Part shown: piece by piece, positions 43,220 to 57,969 of the stretch | How the letters are laid out: each line of letters begins with the position of its first letter | Position numbering within the stretch: position 1 is the first letter of the stretch | Assembly: GCA_951406725.2 (NCBI GenBank) | Contig: OX597821.1 | Location: forward strand, 85,684,001-85,748,000 | Length of the DNA: 64,000 bases | Source of the DNA: Octopus vulgaris | Taxonomy: Eukaryota | Reading direction: 5' to 3' | Program-made: the position numbers and the translations under genes | The notes under the pieces: model-generated | The model's input: only the letters and a program-made list of their open reading frames with translations | Told to the model about the DNA's origin: nothing | Databases searched by the model: none

Positions 43220-43337
43220 CGCTTAGGCATTGCGTGACCAATAATTCTGTGTAGAGCTCAATACACGTATGTTTCAGAACGAAATGTGACTGAGTATTGA
43301 GCGGTAATAAGGAAGAAAGATGACAAAGGTTTAAAGG

Positions 43338-43598
43338 ATTATCTTATGAGTTTCATTACCTTACACCTGTTTCTGATATAAGATTCAATGGATTCATAGA
43401 AGAATGCCTGTATAGCTCCTAACAGCTGCATCGGAGCTTCGAATGTGAATTACCTTGGCACGAATGTAATTCTTTCCCCGCAAAATTGCACTTCATATTC
43501 CAATAAAGCTATAAGATGTTATTCAGGCACTCATATATGAGTCGAATGCATCTTATTGCAGAAACAACTGTAAGCTAATGAAATTCATAAAATAATAA
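43338..43598. repeat. old imperfect inverted repeat with HHR 3' half-sites
   Basis: ATTATCTTATGAGTTTCATTACCTTACACCTGTTTCTG vs CAGAAACAACTGTAAGCTAATGAAATTCATAAAATAAT. Confidence 0.7.
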
Positions 43599-43696
43599 TT
43601 TGTTCCTTTGCCATATCTCTTTCTTATATGTGCGTGTGTGTGTGTGTGTGTGTATGTCTTTGTGTTTGTATTTATATATATATGTGTGTATGTATG

Positions 43697-43727
<31 letters not shown>

Positions 43728-43745
43728 GTGTGCGTGTGTGTGTGT

Positions 43746-43784
<39 letters not shown>

Positions 43785-43864
43785 TAATCTTAATTTGGAA
43801 TATATGGCCACCTTCGAGTTGTTCTTTCTAAAAGGGTTTATCAAACCAGTATTTACACACGCAC

Positions 43865-43895
<31 letters not shown>

Positions 43896-43919
43896 CCATC
43901 CATCCATCCATCCATCCAT

Positions 43920-44950
43920 CTATACATACATACATACATACATACGTACGTACGTACATGCATGCATGCATACATACATACATACATACATACATACATA
44001 CATGCATGCATACATACATACATACATACATACATGCATACATACATACGTACATGCATACATAGATACATACATGCATGCATACATACATGCATACATA
44101 CGTACATACATACATAGATACATACATGCATGCATACATACATCATACATACATACATACATGCATACATGCATGCATACACACATACATACATACACAC
44201 ATACATATATACATGCATACATGCATGCATACATTCATACATACATACATACATACATACATACATACATACATACATACACATGCATACATACATACAT
44301 GCATACATGCATGCATACATTCATACATACATACATACATACATACATACATGCATGCATACATTCATACATACATACATACATGCATACATGCATGCAT
44401 ACATACATACATACATACATACATACATACATACATGCATGCATACATACATACATACATACATACATACATACATACATACATACATACATACATACAT
44501 ACATACATACATACATGCATGCATACATACATACATACATACATGCATACATACATAAGTACATAGATACATACATGCATGCATACATACATCATACATA
44601 CATACATACATACATACATGCATACGTACATACATACATGCATACATGCATGCATACATTCATACATACATACATACATACATTCATACATACATACATA
44701 CATGCATACATACATACATGCATGCATACATACATACATACATACATACATACATTCATACATACATACATACATACATGCATACATACATACATGCATG
44801 CATACATACATACATACATGCATGCATACATACATACATACATACATACATGCATACATACATACATACATACATACATACATGCATACATACATACATA
44901 CATGCATGCATACATACATACATACATACATACATACATACATACATACA

Positions 44951-44980
<30 letters not shown>
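43920..44980. repeat. (TACA)n/(TGCA) array with higher-order blocks
   Basis: Variant blocks such as CATAGATACATACATGCATGCATACATACATCATAC recur. Confidence 0.9.
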
Positions 44981-44981
<1 letters not shown>

Positions 44982-45697
44982 CAAAGGCGACTCCAGGTCA
45001 TTAGCGTCACTCGGGTTCATCACAGATTTCGCATATGACACATGCCTGCTCAAAGAATTTCACGTTTTTCCACTTTCTTTCTAGCCCCAAATGGGTAAAA
45101 ATAAGGTAACCCTGCAAAACGCAACTGATCTTTACACACAGATACACAGAATAACAGCAATCAAATAACGACCACGGATAACAACAAACATCAGCGATCA
45201 GACTGTCGCCTGTACTCTTGACAAAAGATATCAGTTTTTTACACCTACCAAGCTCATTTGTATTAGACCGAGTTGCTGGATAATTTTTCGTTCCTTTAAG
45301 AATTTTGTAGAACGGAAGCTTTTCATAGATTGGAATTTTAAATTCTAAACTCTATAGAAATTTATTGTTTCAAGAAAACAGTTAATTTGAATTATTTAAA
45401 ATTTTTACGATAATAGATAACAACTCGGGCTGTGATTTCTGAGCCCGAGTCAGGCGCGTGTGAACGATGTCAAGAGAACGTCAGCTACGAATGATATTTT
45501 TTGACACAGAACACCTCTAATACGACCTCCAGACGCTGAACGAAAATATATGAACTGCGGCCAGGCTCAATAAAAGGAGCCCGAGTTATTGGCTACAATT
45601 ACATACTTGAAGTCAGTGTTGGCAGAAATTAAATCAGCTTGCAAATACACGTTCACTTTACTAAATTTATACTCGGGCTAAGCCGGACTCGCCACTG
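44982..45697. mobile_element. putative hAT-like non-autonomous DNA element in a (TACA)n array
   Basis: Imperfect TIRs CAAAGGCGACTCCAGGT vs CAGTGGCGAGTCCGGCT (12/17); ACTCGGGCT motif four times near the right end. Confidence 0.45.
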
Positions 45698-45741
45698 ATG
45701 CATACATACATACATACATACATACATACATACATACAAAC

Positions 45742-45895
45742 AAGCTAATTCGAAAACTACACATCCAATCTATCACTGGAACTGTAAAGATCTGTAAAAC
45801 TTTTCTGAAGTTTATCATTTAAATATATATGAGCATGTCTAGATATGTAACTATATGCATGAGAATACATACATAAAACATAGAAATCTGCACAT
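45742..45895 (+). mobile_element. second 3' fragment of the R4/Dong-like element
   Basis: KLIRKLHIQSITGTVKICKTFLKFII* (45742-45822) plus 3' UTR homologous to 13120-13280; embedded in (TACA)n. Confidence 0.75.
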
Positions 45896-46102
45896 ACATA
45901 CATATATACATACATGCATACATACATACATTTATAATTGAGAAGTCATTTTTAGTTTCCTATTCACATACGACAGATACCCAAACGCACACCTGGAAGT
46001 ACGTATAATACTACTACTGGATAGCATAGGGTAAATCTGAAGGAGGACGAGTTCTATACTGTACTCTACTACGTTCTTAAGAAAATATACCATAACTACA
46101 TA

Positions 46103-46210
<108 letters not shown>

Positions 46211-46250
46211 ACAAAGTAAAATTGTAAGATACCGCACGAGTGGAAATATA

Positions 46251-46888
46251 TTTGAAAGAATTTTGAAAATGCAATTTTAAAAATGTTTATTCACTTGACT
46301 GGTTTCACCTTTTTAGAAAAAATTGTCAAAAGTAAAATGTAACGTTTTATATAAGCTTTGTTGTATTAAGTACAGGTTGTCACCAAACTATTAAAATACA
46401 TATGTACATTCTTTGATAATAATAAGAAAATGTTAAAAACAGTTTACAAGAAAATATATAAGAAAGTATTCAACAAAAAGTATTAGGAGTTCAATAAAAA
46501 TCATGTTTATTTGGTAGTATATATATATACACAGAAGGAGATATATTTAAGAACTTACAAAAAATTGGAGAGGAACCGACCTGTCTTTTTGGCATTTTTT
46601 CTGTCTTGTGTGTAGCTAAGGAATGCTTGCTATTTTAAGGGATATTGTGGGAGGTTGGTTGGGGTGGGGGAAGGAAGAGAAATGTGGAATTAAAAGGATT
46701 TTACATTTTCTTATTATTATTAACAAAGAATGTATCTATGTATTTTAATACTTTTGTGACAACCAGTACTTAACACAACAACGTTTATACAAAGCCTTAC
46801 ATTTTACTTTTGACAATCTTTTTCTAAAAAAGTGAAATCGGTCAAGTGAATAAACATTTTTTAAATTGCCTTTTCAAACCTTCCTTCA
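46251..46888. repeat. inverted repeat (~185-nt arms), each arm with a U3-A8 HHR motif
   Basis: Arms 46251-46433 and 46701-46888; actt-TTGACAA...GAAAYCRGTC^aagt at 46293-46333(-) and 46806-46847(+). Confidence 0.8.
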
Positions 46889-47059
<171 letters not shown>

Positions 47060-50000
47060 GCATATACAGAGTGAGAGAGAGAGAGAGAAAGAGTGGAGAG
47101 AGAGAGAGCTGCGCAATTTGGATGAACCTCGACAGCATAAAATTTTAGAAGGTCTCTCATCACTGAAAGGGTACAACGGCAGGCAGTCGTTGTTCTGACT
47201 GAATAAGTCGATATGAATTAAACAAACTGGAAGAATGGACCTCAAATATACCACAAAGAAAATATTGAATAATTACCAGGATTGTTCAATTAGAAATAAA
47301 ACAACTGAAAATTGTATTTAGGTAATTGGGTAAATTGTATTTACCCTAATTCTTGGAAGAATGTCCAAGTGAATGATATAGATGTAGTATAGAGGGATTA
47401 TTGTTCCTTAACTGGGTCTATTACGCCACTTTGTGCGCGCCCACTCCCTTAACGACAGCGTACAGTATTACCGCGTGAGTGTTACATATACAAATACTAA
47501 TTCATAATACGCTGGGTAACTGATATTGAAAGGAAAATATATTTAAACGTCTAAATGTTTGAAATACTTCTCCGTAAGCTGAGTCAAATAGCTGTTAAAA
47601 TGATTATAATTTTTCGGATTATTTACTTCATCTTTAGAGATGAAATTTCTGTTATAGTTACAAATTCATGACATAAAGGGGCAGGTATGGTTGTGTGATT
47701 AAGGAGTTCACTTTGCAATCACGTGGATCTAGTTTCGAAACTATTTGCAGTATTGGATAAATCTTTTACTCGGGTTACTCAATATGTCGTGTTATGAATG
47801 GAATTTTCTGGATAGTTGAAATGCCACCGAAATCGACTTTGCTTTCATACTTTTGGGGTCGATGAAATATCTACTAGCTGAGTACTAGAGTTAATGTAAT
47901 CCATTAGCCCCCACCCCTAAAATTTCAAGCCCTGTGCTTATAGTAGAAAATATTTTCACTATTCTGAATGATAGAATTATTATATCAGCATTAGGTATAT
48001 AAATAATTGCTCTGGCGCTTTGCGTTCAGAGATCAATTCCAACCGAATTCGACGTTACGTTTCATCCTCCCTGGGCCAATAAATAAAATATCAGTTATGT
48101 ACTAGAGTAGACTGTTCCCTGTGTGTTTGTCTGTCTGTGACGGTCTGCCTGTCTGTCTTTCTTAGAGTAAGGTCTACTATTCAGTGTTGTAAGCGACCAT
48201 TCACAGTGATGTCATCTTCTAAAACACGAACAATTGAGATAGGTATTAGCAAACTCTTTTTGTCAAGTATATTACAAAAACCGTCTCCGAAGCCATACTG
48301 CAAGATGGGCAATGTATGACACGGAACGGCTTCAAAAGTATGAATTGAATTCGGAATGACACCAACGATTCTCCTTTAGTATTAACATAGATTGCAAAGA
48401 TAAACGCAAATTCGAAATTTCTAAAGGAAGACAATTATCAACCGAACTCACTGGTATGTAATTTTAAAAGTCGGAAGAACGGAAGACTATGTCAATTGAC
48501 CCTAGCGGGTTTTGAACCCAGAATGTAAGGATGTTTAGCCTGACATTCTGATGCTTTCCACACCTACTGATATGTTGGCTTGGAGATGAACATGTAAAAC
48601 CGAGGCAATCTTTGACACAATTTATTTATAGCTTTAAGGATATTTAGGAACGTTTTGTTGTTCTTGATGACCAAAGATGTTTCTATCGTGACTGGCAGTC
48701 TTATCTTTATCAGACATACTGTATATTTAAAGCCACACCACTCAATACGTCTTTCTTTTGTTTAGCTGGTTCAGCGAGTCCGTGATCGAGAACACTTTAT
48801 TATTTTCCAACTGAGTGAACACCAACCAATGAGAGAACCTTTACGCGGACGCTTGACAGGCTAAAAATAGCATCAAAGCATCCTTTAACTCCACTGTATG
48901 CTCCTAGCCACTCGGCCAACTATCTACATGTTTGAGTTTACTCGATCAGAACTAACCTGAGCTAACATAACAACAATCAGGTTCTTGGTGCTTAGCCCCA
49001 AGTCGAGCCCTGATCGAGCAAACTCGTTATCAAAGATGTTCCAGCAGCGCCTAGTCTCTTTTATTTTGTATGCCCAGGACTACATTATCTAATGTATCCT
49101 TCCTTTTTAAGTTGGTAAATTGTAATAGGGATATTGGCTGCTATTTTCTATCAGGCTGAGTGATCACCTAAAACCTCTCATTGCTCATCAACAACGCAGG
49201 TGATTTACAATTATATGAATGTTGGCCCAAGAGGAGAACCAATAACAAATCCATATTTAAAAAAAAAATCATAGATATTTTTACAACAGTAAAGGCGAAT
49301 GCATACAATAAATGCTGTAATAATTGCAGTTTGTGTGTAACCGAAGCGCTTAAGATGCTGACCTTACCTACCAGTATTGTGAATAGAAGGGTAGAAACTT
49401 CTTTCTTTTTTTGCATAGAATAAGAAATTTGAATTACAAACTCGTTGAATACTTTAAACTCTACGCCTAAAACTTAACACATGCATTTCTTTCATTTTTT
49501 CCGTATCTTTTTACCACGTCCTCCCTCCTCACGTAGTGGATCCGTTACACATAAGTGGATCAGTTACGTGCAAATTTCGAAGAGACACACCCCGTTTAGG
49601 ATTTAATTATGTAGGTGCGGCTAAAGGTTGATGTGAATCATTAAATATGATATCTCATTGAGTAGATCGGTTACATCAAGTGGATCTGTTTCATGCAGAT
49701 GACGAAGATACAGACTCCTCCCAATACTGGATTCGACAGTGTAAGCATGAGCTAAGGTCGATGAAAACTGCCATATCTTAATCTGAGCCTGGAATTTAAC
49801 TTATCCTGCTGGTCAGCGCTGGATTAATCGTTAAGCAAAATAAGCAGGTGTTTAAGGCATCAAAGGAACACGGCACCATAGAAATGGTAAATGATCTACG
49901 GCACAAGAGAAATCACTTTAAATTTGCTAAAATAATATTCGGGATATCTTATCTCTACTAAATATAGAAGCAGTTGTGTGATGTAAGATTAATTTTTGAG

Positions 50001-51472
50001 GATTTGACCAAAGACTTTGCATTTAAGAAAAAGTAGCAAAAAACTTTTCAAATATAAATAAAATGGAAGTATACAAAAATAAACATTATTTTCCATCTGT
50101 TAGTTAATTTTGTTTGATATTGAAAAATTAAAGAAATATTTTATGGTTTGTTATTGTTTATATTTTGAATTTGGGAGTATCAAAATCTTTTAAGTACTTA
50201 GAGCTTCTATGGGTCTTGATCCGACCCGGCTGCTGACTGTGGTTTTGAAATAAGCTGATATTCACAGGCAACATATTGAACCAACAGTTCGGTTCAGTTA
50301 CAACATTCAAGCACTTTTACTCTTAAAATTTGCCGTTCGGGAACTCAGCAAGGGTTTACAAACAAATTAATCTTCCAATAAACTTATTTACGATATTTCC
50401 CGTTTGCGTGTTCAAGCTTAGTCTGTGAATGTATATATTTGCAACAGTGAGGGATTGTGGCTGTTAAGTCGAATATTTTTACCTTCAAACCTGCAAGACT
50501 TGTATTTTAACTTCCGGTGCTGTATACTTGATATCTCAACTGACATTTGTACCTATAATTTAAACTTAACTTCACACGCCACACACTCAACCAGCTGTCA
50601 CATTTGATTCAAACACCCAACCATCGAAGTATTTAAACTTGTACGCAATTAATAATCGTAGTGCAGTATCTGATTAAGACTGGAAATATACCCACCCGAA
50701 TTGCTGCCAGTAATCTCATGTTGGCGTTCATTCTTGCGTTTGCACCATGCATATTATCAATAGTGAAAAACTGGTATCTGATCATTAATCTCTAACTTCA
50801 ATTCTATATCGTCTAACATCAGGTAACTTTACTTCTTGCGAAATTTTACTTTCTGTTTATATTTTCACCGTGTGTTCACTACTCAATTATTTATTTAATT
50901 ACTTAATTATCTGTCTATTTGATTATTTATATAATTACCCATTTTGATTTCTTTTTCCATAAACGTTCTGATAATGATTTCACTTATAAATTATCTCCCT
51001 CTTTCACGTAAATCCCACAAATAATGTCTTTCTGTAAATCTGAAATCGATATTCTCTCCTCTATTAGTCGAATTATGCACTTTCAGGCAGCAATCTGACG
51101 GGATTGTTGGTGCGTCGGACAAAATTCCAGTTCTTTACGTTCTGAGTTCAAATGCCACTGAGGTCAACTTTGCCTTTCAGTCTTTCGGGGTCGATAAAAT
51201 ACATACCAGTTGAGTGCTGGCGCCGATGTAGCTGGTTTATCCCGTCCCTTAAAGATTTCTGGCTAAAATTAGAAAAGAATATTTCACCGCCTTCATAAAT
51301 TATAGCTTATTTTTATTATTTCTCTTTGATGCATTAGAAAATACTCTTGGATAAGTTACCATTCTCCATCATCAGCCTGCTTTTGTTTCTAATGGATCAC
51401 ACTGTATTTCGTATGTTAAAATACGATGCCCCGTTCAGCAAATGAGTTCTATATGTATATATATATATATAT

Positions 51473-51776
51473 CCGTCACCGTGATCGACCAAGCTATCAT
51501 ATGTTACTACACATCGCTGGTCACAATGCGCTTCGCATTGTTTTAGCCTTCAAATGACGCCACCCCGCTGGCTAAGCGAGCAGGCCAACAGAAGAAAGAG
51601 TGAGAGAAAGTTGTGTGGCGAAAGAATACAGCAGGGATCGCCACCACCCCCTGCCGGAGACTCGTAGAGCTTCAGGTGTTTTCGCTCAATAAACACTCAC
51701 AACGCCCGGTCTGAGAATCGAAACCGCGATCCTACGACTGCGAGTCCGCTGCCCTAACCACTGGGCCATTGCGCCT

Positions 51777-51781
<5 letters not shown>
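51473..51781 (-). mobile_element. SINE family C, tail type 2
   Basis: First ~180 nt as 13616; different 3' tail. Confidence 0.85.
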
Positions 51782-51824
<43 letters not shown>

Positions 51825-52019
51825 TTCTCGCCATTTGTATGTGTGTTTGTTATGTTTCAGCCATATTAAATAGAGGTTAGCGGTCGCCTAATTAAGCGGT
51901 CTCATATGGAATGTATAAAATACTTTTCACCTGTTCGTTACTACGTACCTCTGTGTGTGTGTATGTATGTGTGTGTGTGTATGTATGTGTGTGTGTGTAT
52001 GTGTGTGTGTGTGTGTGTA

Positions 52020-52128
<109 letters not shown>

Positions 52129-52325
52129 GTGTGTGTGTATGTATGTGTGTGTGTGTATGTATGTGTGTGTGTGTATGTATGTGTGTGTGCATAACCAAAG
52201 GCGCAGAAACTACGTACTGCGAAGGAATTTAAAAGTAACGTAATCCAAGGGTAGAGTAAGAAAAACCAGGTACTCCAAATCAGTCGGAAGAACGTAAAGG
52301 GTTCGTATGAGCGTGCATTAAATAG

Positions 52326-52583
52326 TCAAATCAAATAAACGAACATTAAAAATAACAATAAGAACCAACAAGAGGACGTATACATGGTATATAATAGCTT
52401 GAAGAGAGGGTTTTTGACGTTTCGAACATAGCTCTTCGTCGGAAAGAAAAACAGAAAAGTCTGACGAAGAGCTAAGCTCAAACGTCAAAAACTCTCTCTT
52501 CTTAGCGAGCGTCAGACAAATACATTTCATGTTCATGTCCTCTTTGTTATTGCTATTTTTAATGTTCGTTTTTAATTGATTTG

Positions 52584-52585
<2 letters not shown>
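52326..52585. repeat. inverted repeat with two degenerate HHR motifs
   Basis: 52416-52442(-) CCGACGAAGAGCTATGTTCGAAACGTC; 52461-52486(+) CTGACGAAGAGCTAAGCTCAAACGTC. Confidence 0.75.
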
Positions 52586-52632
<47 letters not shown>

Positions 52633-52709
52633 CACACACATGCGTATATGGGTACAGGACGTTACCAACTGTAAAACTGTAAACAACACATACAAATATA
52701 TATATATAT

Positions 52710-52860
52710 ATACGACGGGCTTCTTGTAGTTTCCGTCTACCAAATCCACTCACAAGGCTTTGGTCGGCTCGAGGCTATAATAGAAGACACTTGCCCAAGG
52801 TGCCACCCAATGAGACTGAACCAGGAACCACGCGGTTGGGAAGCAAGCCTCTTACCACAT
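52710..52860 (-). mobile_element. 5' half of SINE family B
   Basis: Head and CORE-like segment. Confidence 0.8.
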
Positions 52861-52871
52861 ATATATATATA

Positions 52872-53300
52872 TACGAAGAGAAGTCAAAAATTATCCGCAT
52901 TTTCGCCATAGCATATCTTTATTATGGTCACACAACCTTCTGTGCATGTGAGATTATAGTTGGTACAATTGTGGTCATGTGATCAAATTTTGAACCTGAT
53001 TGCGCTATTTTTCTTTCCGGCTTTACTGTGTAAGCATGGCCGCTCCACTAGCAATGCGCACCAAAGAAGAACATAGAGCAATGATCCGAGAGATGGTAAT
53101 GGTGAGCCGGTTCACCATTATCATCTCACGAGCTTGCTGAATCTTCTCGTCAGTGGTGGAGGTTGACGGCCGTCCAGCAAACCTCTTTCTGCGTCACGCT
53201 TGTCCAGACACTTTTGAACTTCCCGATCCTCTCATACACACTTAGACGCAGTAGTGCACTGTTACTGTACTGTGCTAAAAGCCTCCATTGAATTTCAGCA
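52872..53300. mobile_element. rearranged mariner 5' fragment
   Basis: TIR-like TACGAAGAGAAGTCAAAAATTATCCG; plus-strand TKEEHRAMIR, then minus-strand GRPSTSTTDEKIQQAREMIM (internal inversion). Confidence 0.6.
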
Positions 53301-53345
53301 TGAGTCTATGTGTGTGACTGTGACTGTGTGCATGTCTATGTATGC

Positions 53346-53389
<44 letters not shown>

Positions 53390-55190
53390 TTATATAGATA
53401 TATATTTATGTGTGTGCGTGTACATTTCTGCCAGTCCGTCCGTTCGACTTTCCATCTGTTTGTGTGTGTGTTGTATTTATGCGAGTCGATGTCTTACATT
53501 TCTTGGAAACATATATATATATATGTATATATATATATATGAATATCTATCTATCTGAACCTCTTATCCGATTTGCAGAAATTCACGAATACGCTGCAAT
53601 ACTTTTGGAATATACCGTACCCTGGTACCCTGTATTGAGTACACAGACCCTGATTCTGATGTTGGTTAATTTGCGTATGGTGTGTTTAAAATAGCTTTCT
53701 TCCTTACTTAATGTTTCATTCTTTACCTTTAATTTTCATCTCTTTAATATTATATTTTATGCAAGGCACAGTATCATACATTTTAAGAATCGTTGGTGGA
53801 TTATTGAATATCAAACAGACTCTGCTTTAAAAATTTTATAATTTCAATCTATTTAATATAATCTAGTTCTTTACTTATCATAGTTTATTTTATTATAAGT
53901 ATTTATTTAGGCTATCTCCAGAACACCGGATATTCCAGAATTCCAGGCCACTTCCTGTCCCAAGCTTGCCTGATATTTGGCCTGGTACTGTATATGTATC
54001 TATGTTGTATATGATACTATCGAAACAAGCGAGTAGCGGTAAAAAACCTGACCTAAAATGTTTCAGGTGGTCGTTGACATGTTATACATCGTCAACTTCA
54101 TCTGTCACGTAAACGATATCGTGTGACACCAAAGCACTAAAGAGCAATGTATCCTGAGATCGGCAAACTCGATATCGCAAGGTGAGAACAGTGAAAACCT
54201 GACTTTATAATTATTATGAAAGGGTCCAGTAGTTTTGTGAAATACATCGAAATGTTTTACGCTAATGAACCCAGTTCAGACAGCCAGCCCATATGGGAAC
54301 TAAATCTCCCTCAAATCGCATCCTGCCACACCGTTGGATAATGTGTTCATAGATATAGATGTGGTGTGACCGAAAAAGTGACGAAATGTTTGTAAGTGGA
54401 ACAAGACAAAAGTCTAATTCTAGTATAGAATTAATTGGAGGGGAATTAACAGTCGTTAAATTTAGCTCAAGCGTATCCAGAGACCCAGTCTTCGTGGGGT
54501 GCAACAGCTCTAATAATAAATATATAAGAAGTGGGTGAAGACGCTGCAAAGCTTGACTTTAGAATTTTATGCATTTTGTTATACGTAAACCTGTGTAGCA
54601 AACATACAAACGGCAAATTAACGTATTTCTCGAAGTTTGAGGAAAATGTTCAGCTTTAACCGATTTTCGACCCTAATTGAGGTCCCATTAGAGATGTCTA
54701 CGTCATTTGACTAATCCCAGAAAAATAAGCAGCAAATTGATTTATGTACACACCAAATCTAGTGGCTCCACAGCAATGGATCAACTAATTTGAATACTAC
54801 AAGCGTTTAACACTCTATTTAATATCAGAGGCCTATCAATGAGGATCTTGGTCTACACAGTATCGACATGTAAGCTCATTGCACCATAATAACGAGTATA
54901 AAACATCCCGTGTGGCGAAAGTCGATAAAATATCAGTAATATACTTTGGTGAAAGCGTTTAGCGAAGTAATTTGTCTGTTGGACTCACGATCATAAGATT
55001 GTGGGTTCGATTCTAGGGACAGGCAGTGCGTTGTATTCTTGGGCAAGGCAGTTCATTTCACGTTACTGAAAATTTGATTCATGTGCTGCAGAGTGGTGGC
55101 TCGCTGACTATAAGTTCAAAATATTATGAAATCCAGAATATGAACGACCCTTGATGGTAATTATGAAAATTAAGGCCTTTATATACTTGC

Positions 55191-55367
55191 CGTATTTTAA
55201 AGTGTATAAGGAACCCTCGTATATAAGGAACCCCTAATTTGGGGGGCATAAAATTTGGAGAAAAGGTTTTGTAAGGGATTATAATACTATCCATGTATAA
55301 AAAAGTCCCATATTTTTTAACCTAATTTTTGACAAGAAACGGTTTCTTATACACGTTTAAATACGGT
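55191..55367. mobile_element. pogo/Tigger-like MITE
   Basis: TIRs CCGTATTTTAAAGTGTATAAG / CTTATACACGTTTAAATACGG. Confidence 0.55.
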
Positions 55368-55596
55368 ATATTACAATAAATTTTGAAGGTTTTTGAGACA
55401 GGAGGTAACAGTCGAAGTTTTAGAAAACAGAGGATGAGGATGCAATAAACTAGTGATTGTAGGAAATGAAGGCAGAGGAGGTAAGTTATTAGTTGCAATT
55501 GCATAGGAAGTATAAAAACAATAAGAGAGAGAGAGAGAAAGAGAGAGGGCGTGAGTGGGGGGAGTGATTCCATTTAAGGTAGCGTGATGTGTTTTA

Positions 55597-55914
55597 TTTT
55601 TTTTTTATGCGGCCTTTTCAAGCCTGGCCAGGCTCATGGGCCCGGTTTCCGGGTTTCTGTGGCGTATGTGTTCCCCACCAGCTGGACGGGACGCCAGTCC
55701 ATCGCAGCGTTACTCAAGAAACAAGAAGAAAGAGTGAGAGAAAGCTGGGGCGAAAGAGTACAACAGGGGTCGCCACCACCACCTGCCGGAGCCTCGTGGA
55801 GCTTTTAGGTGTTTTCGCTCAGTAAACACAAACAACGCCCGGTCTGGAAATCGAAGCTGCGATCCTCCGACCGCGAGTCCGCTGCCCTAACCACTGGGCC
55901 ATTGCGCCTCCACA
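55597..55914 (-). mobile_element. SINE family C, tail type 3 with poly-A
   Basis: Shared head; tail with CTGCGATGGACTGGCGTCCCGTCCAG ending GCATAAAAAAAA. Confidence 0.85.
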
Positions 55915-56199
55915 GTGTGATGTATAAGCAACCAATACTGAATATTATTTGCATAAAATGTGAGGGTGTTGCAATCAAAATCGTAAGATCGTGGTTTCAA
56001 TTCCCGGACCGATGTCGTATTGTGTTCTTGAGGAAAACGCTTCCTCTCACGTTGCTCCTGTCCAATCAGATATAAGTGAGTAACTGCGATGGACTAGTGT
56101 CCTGTTCAGGTGAAATTTTGTGATCTCGGTCACTTATACTTCATGGATACCAGGTAAGCAGTCCTATGAACCTTGGGACTCGAAATAGAAAAGAGGGAG

Positions 56200-56600
56200 G
56201 GCGGCGAGCTGGCAGAGACGTTAGCATGCCGGGCGAAATGCGTAGCCGTATTTCGTCTGCCGTTACGTTCTGAGTTCAAATTCCACCGAGGTCGACTTTG
56301 CCTTTCATCCTTTTGGGGTCGATAAAATAAGTACCAGTTACACACTGGGGTCGATGTAATCGACTTAATCCGTTTGTCTGTCCTTGTTTGTCCTCTCTGT
56401 GTTTAGCCTCTTGTGGGTAGTAAAGAAATAGGTATTTCGTCTGTCTTTACTTTCTGAGTTCAAATTCCGCCGAGGTCAACTTTCATCCTTTCGGGGTCGA
56501 TAAATTAAGTACCAGTTACGCACTGGTGTCGATGTAATCGACTTAATCCCTTTTTCTGTCTCCTCTATGTTTAGCCCCTTGTGTGCAATAAACAAATAAG
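56200..56600 (+). mobile_element. SINE family A dimer
   Basis: Body duplicated, joined at GAAATAGGTATTTCG. Confidence 0.85.
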
Positions 56601-56914
56601 AAACAGATAATAAGAGGGCGGTGGATAAATGAATCGGTAAAGCGCCGGTCAGAATGTTTTGCTGCATCTAGTGGTGTTTCCCTGACGTTGTGTGTTCAAA
56701 TCTCACTGTTGGGAGACTTTGCCTTTCATCTTTCTAGAATCGATAAAAAATATTTACTTGACAAGAACGGGAGTCAATATAATCAACTGATTCCCTAAAT
56801 AAATAAATGAATAAATGAATGAATAAATAAATAAATAAATTCAGGCCTTGTGCCTATATCAAAAACCTTTGGTTGATTAATGTCTTCTTTTTACCTGTAA
56901 GTTTTATTGTCGTA

Positions 56915-57105
56915 TATCTTTTACGGAATAGTCAGTGGCAAGAGAGGAAGAGGCCGACCAAGAACCCGCTGGATTGACACCATCAAGAGAGATACCGGAA
57001 TGGACATAGCCAATCTGAAAGAAGCGGCCCAGGATAGAACTGACTGGAGGACACTGATCCAACGAGTGACCCGAGAGTCGACTTCGACTGAGCGGTTAGA
57101 GAGAG
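56915..57105 (+). mobile_element. RTE/BovB-like LINE 3' terminal fragment
   Basis: GKRGRGRPRTRWIDTIK...LKEAAQDRTDWR is the typical RTE ORF C-terminus. Confidence 0.8.
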
Positions 57106-57107
57106 AT

Positions 57108-57505
57108 CTTTTACTTGTTTCAGTCGTTGGGCTGCGGCCACGCTGGAGCACAGCCTCGAACAACTCGACCCCAGGACTTATTTCTAAGCCTGGTAAGTTA
57201 TTCTGTCGTACTCTTTTGCCGAAACGTTAATTTACGGGGACGTAAGCACATCAACACCAGTTGTCAGGCAGTGGTGGGGGACAAACCCTCACACGCACAC
57301 ACACAAACACACACACACACACACGTGTGTGTGTGTGTGTGTGTGTGTACAACGAGCTTCTTTTAGCTTCCGTTTACCATATCCACTCCCAAGGCTTTCG
57401 TCGGCCCGAGGCTATAGTAGGAGATACTTGCCCAAGCTGCCACGCAATAGGACTGAACCTGAAACCATGTGGTTAGGAAGCAAGCATTTCGCCATGCCTG
57501 CGCCT
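57108..57505 (-). mobile_element. SINE family B
   Basis: Homology to 14665-15088. Confidence 0.8.
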
Positions 57506-57969
57506 ATTAGTTCAATTACTTTGAGTAATTACACAATACATGAACTGCAATTTTTTTTTACCTTTGTGATTTTTTTTACCCCTCGGTGATATTTTTTTAC
57601 CCCTCTTTATTTCTGTTCATTGATAAAATAGGGAACAGTCAAACACTGGAGTCGATTTCACTGATAGCACACACAACAAAATCCCTACACATTCTTGCAC
57701 ACACAGACTAGTAGCTTGGTGGAGGGTGGTTGGGCGAGGGGGAGATCTGCCCCGGGCTAAGGTTTCATGGGATTGGCACTTTTGAAGTTGCTTCGTACGC
57801 CTGTATAGGCTTGAGGAGGAGAGGCCCTGATTGAAGGGGTCTCGCCAAACTCAAGGGTTATCCCGGGTGACACACACTCTAGGTACGCCATTGGCTCAGA
57901 CGCGCATTTACGGGCAAATACCTGCACACATACACAGTTTCTCACCGACAAGCACATTCCTGGTTGCTT

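Noticed and set aside
47108-47168. Further HHR-like relics (also ~14073-14125, ~50668-50705, ~58650)
   Set aside because: Two or more core positions lost and no second copy here to support a consensus
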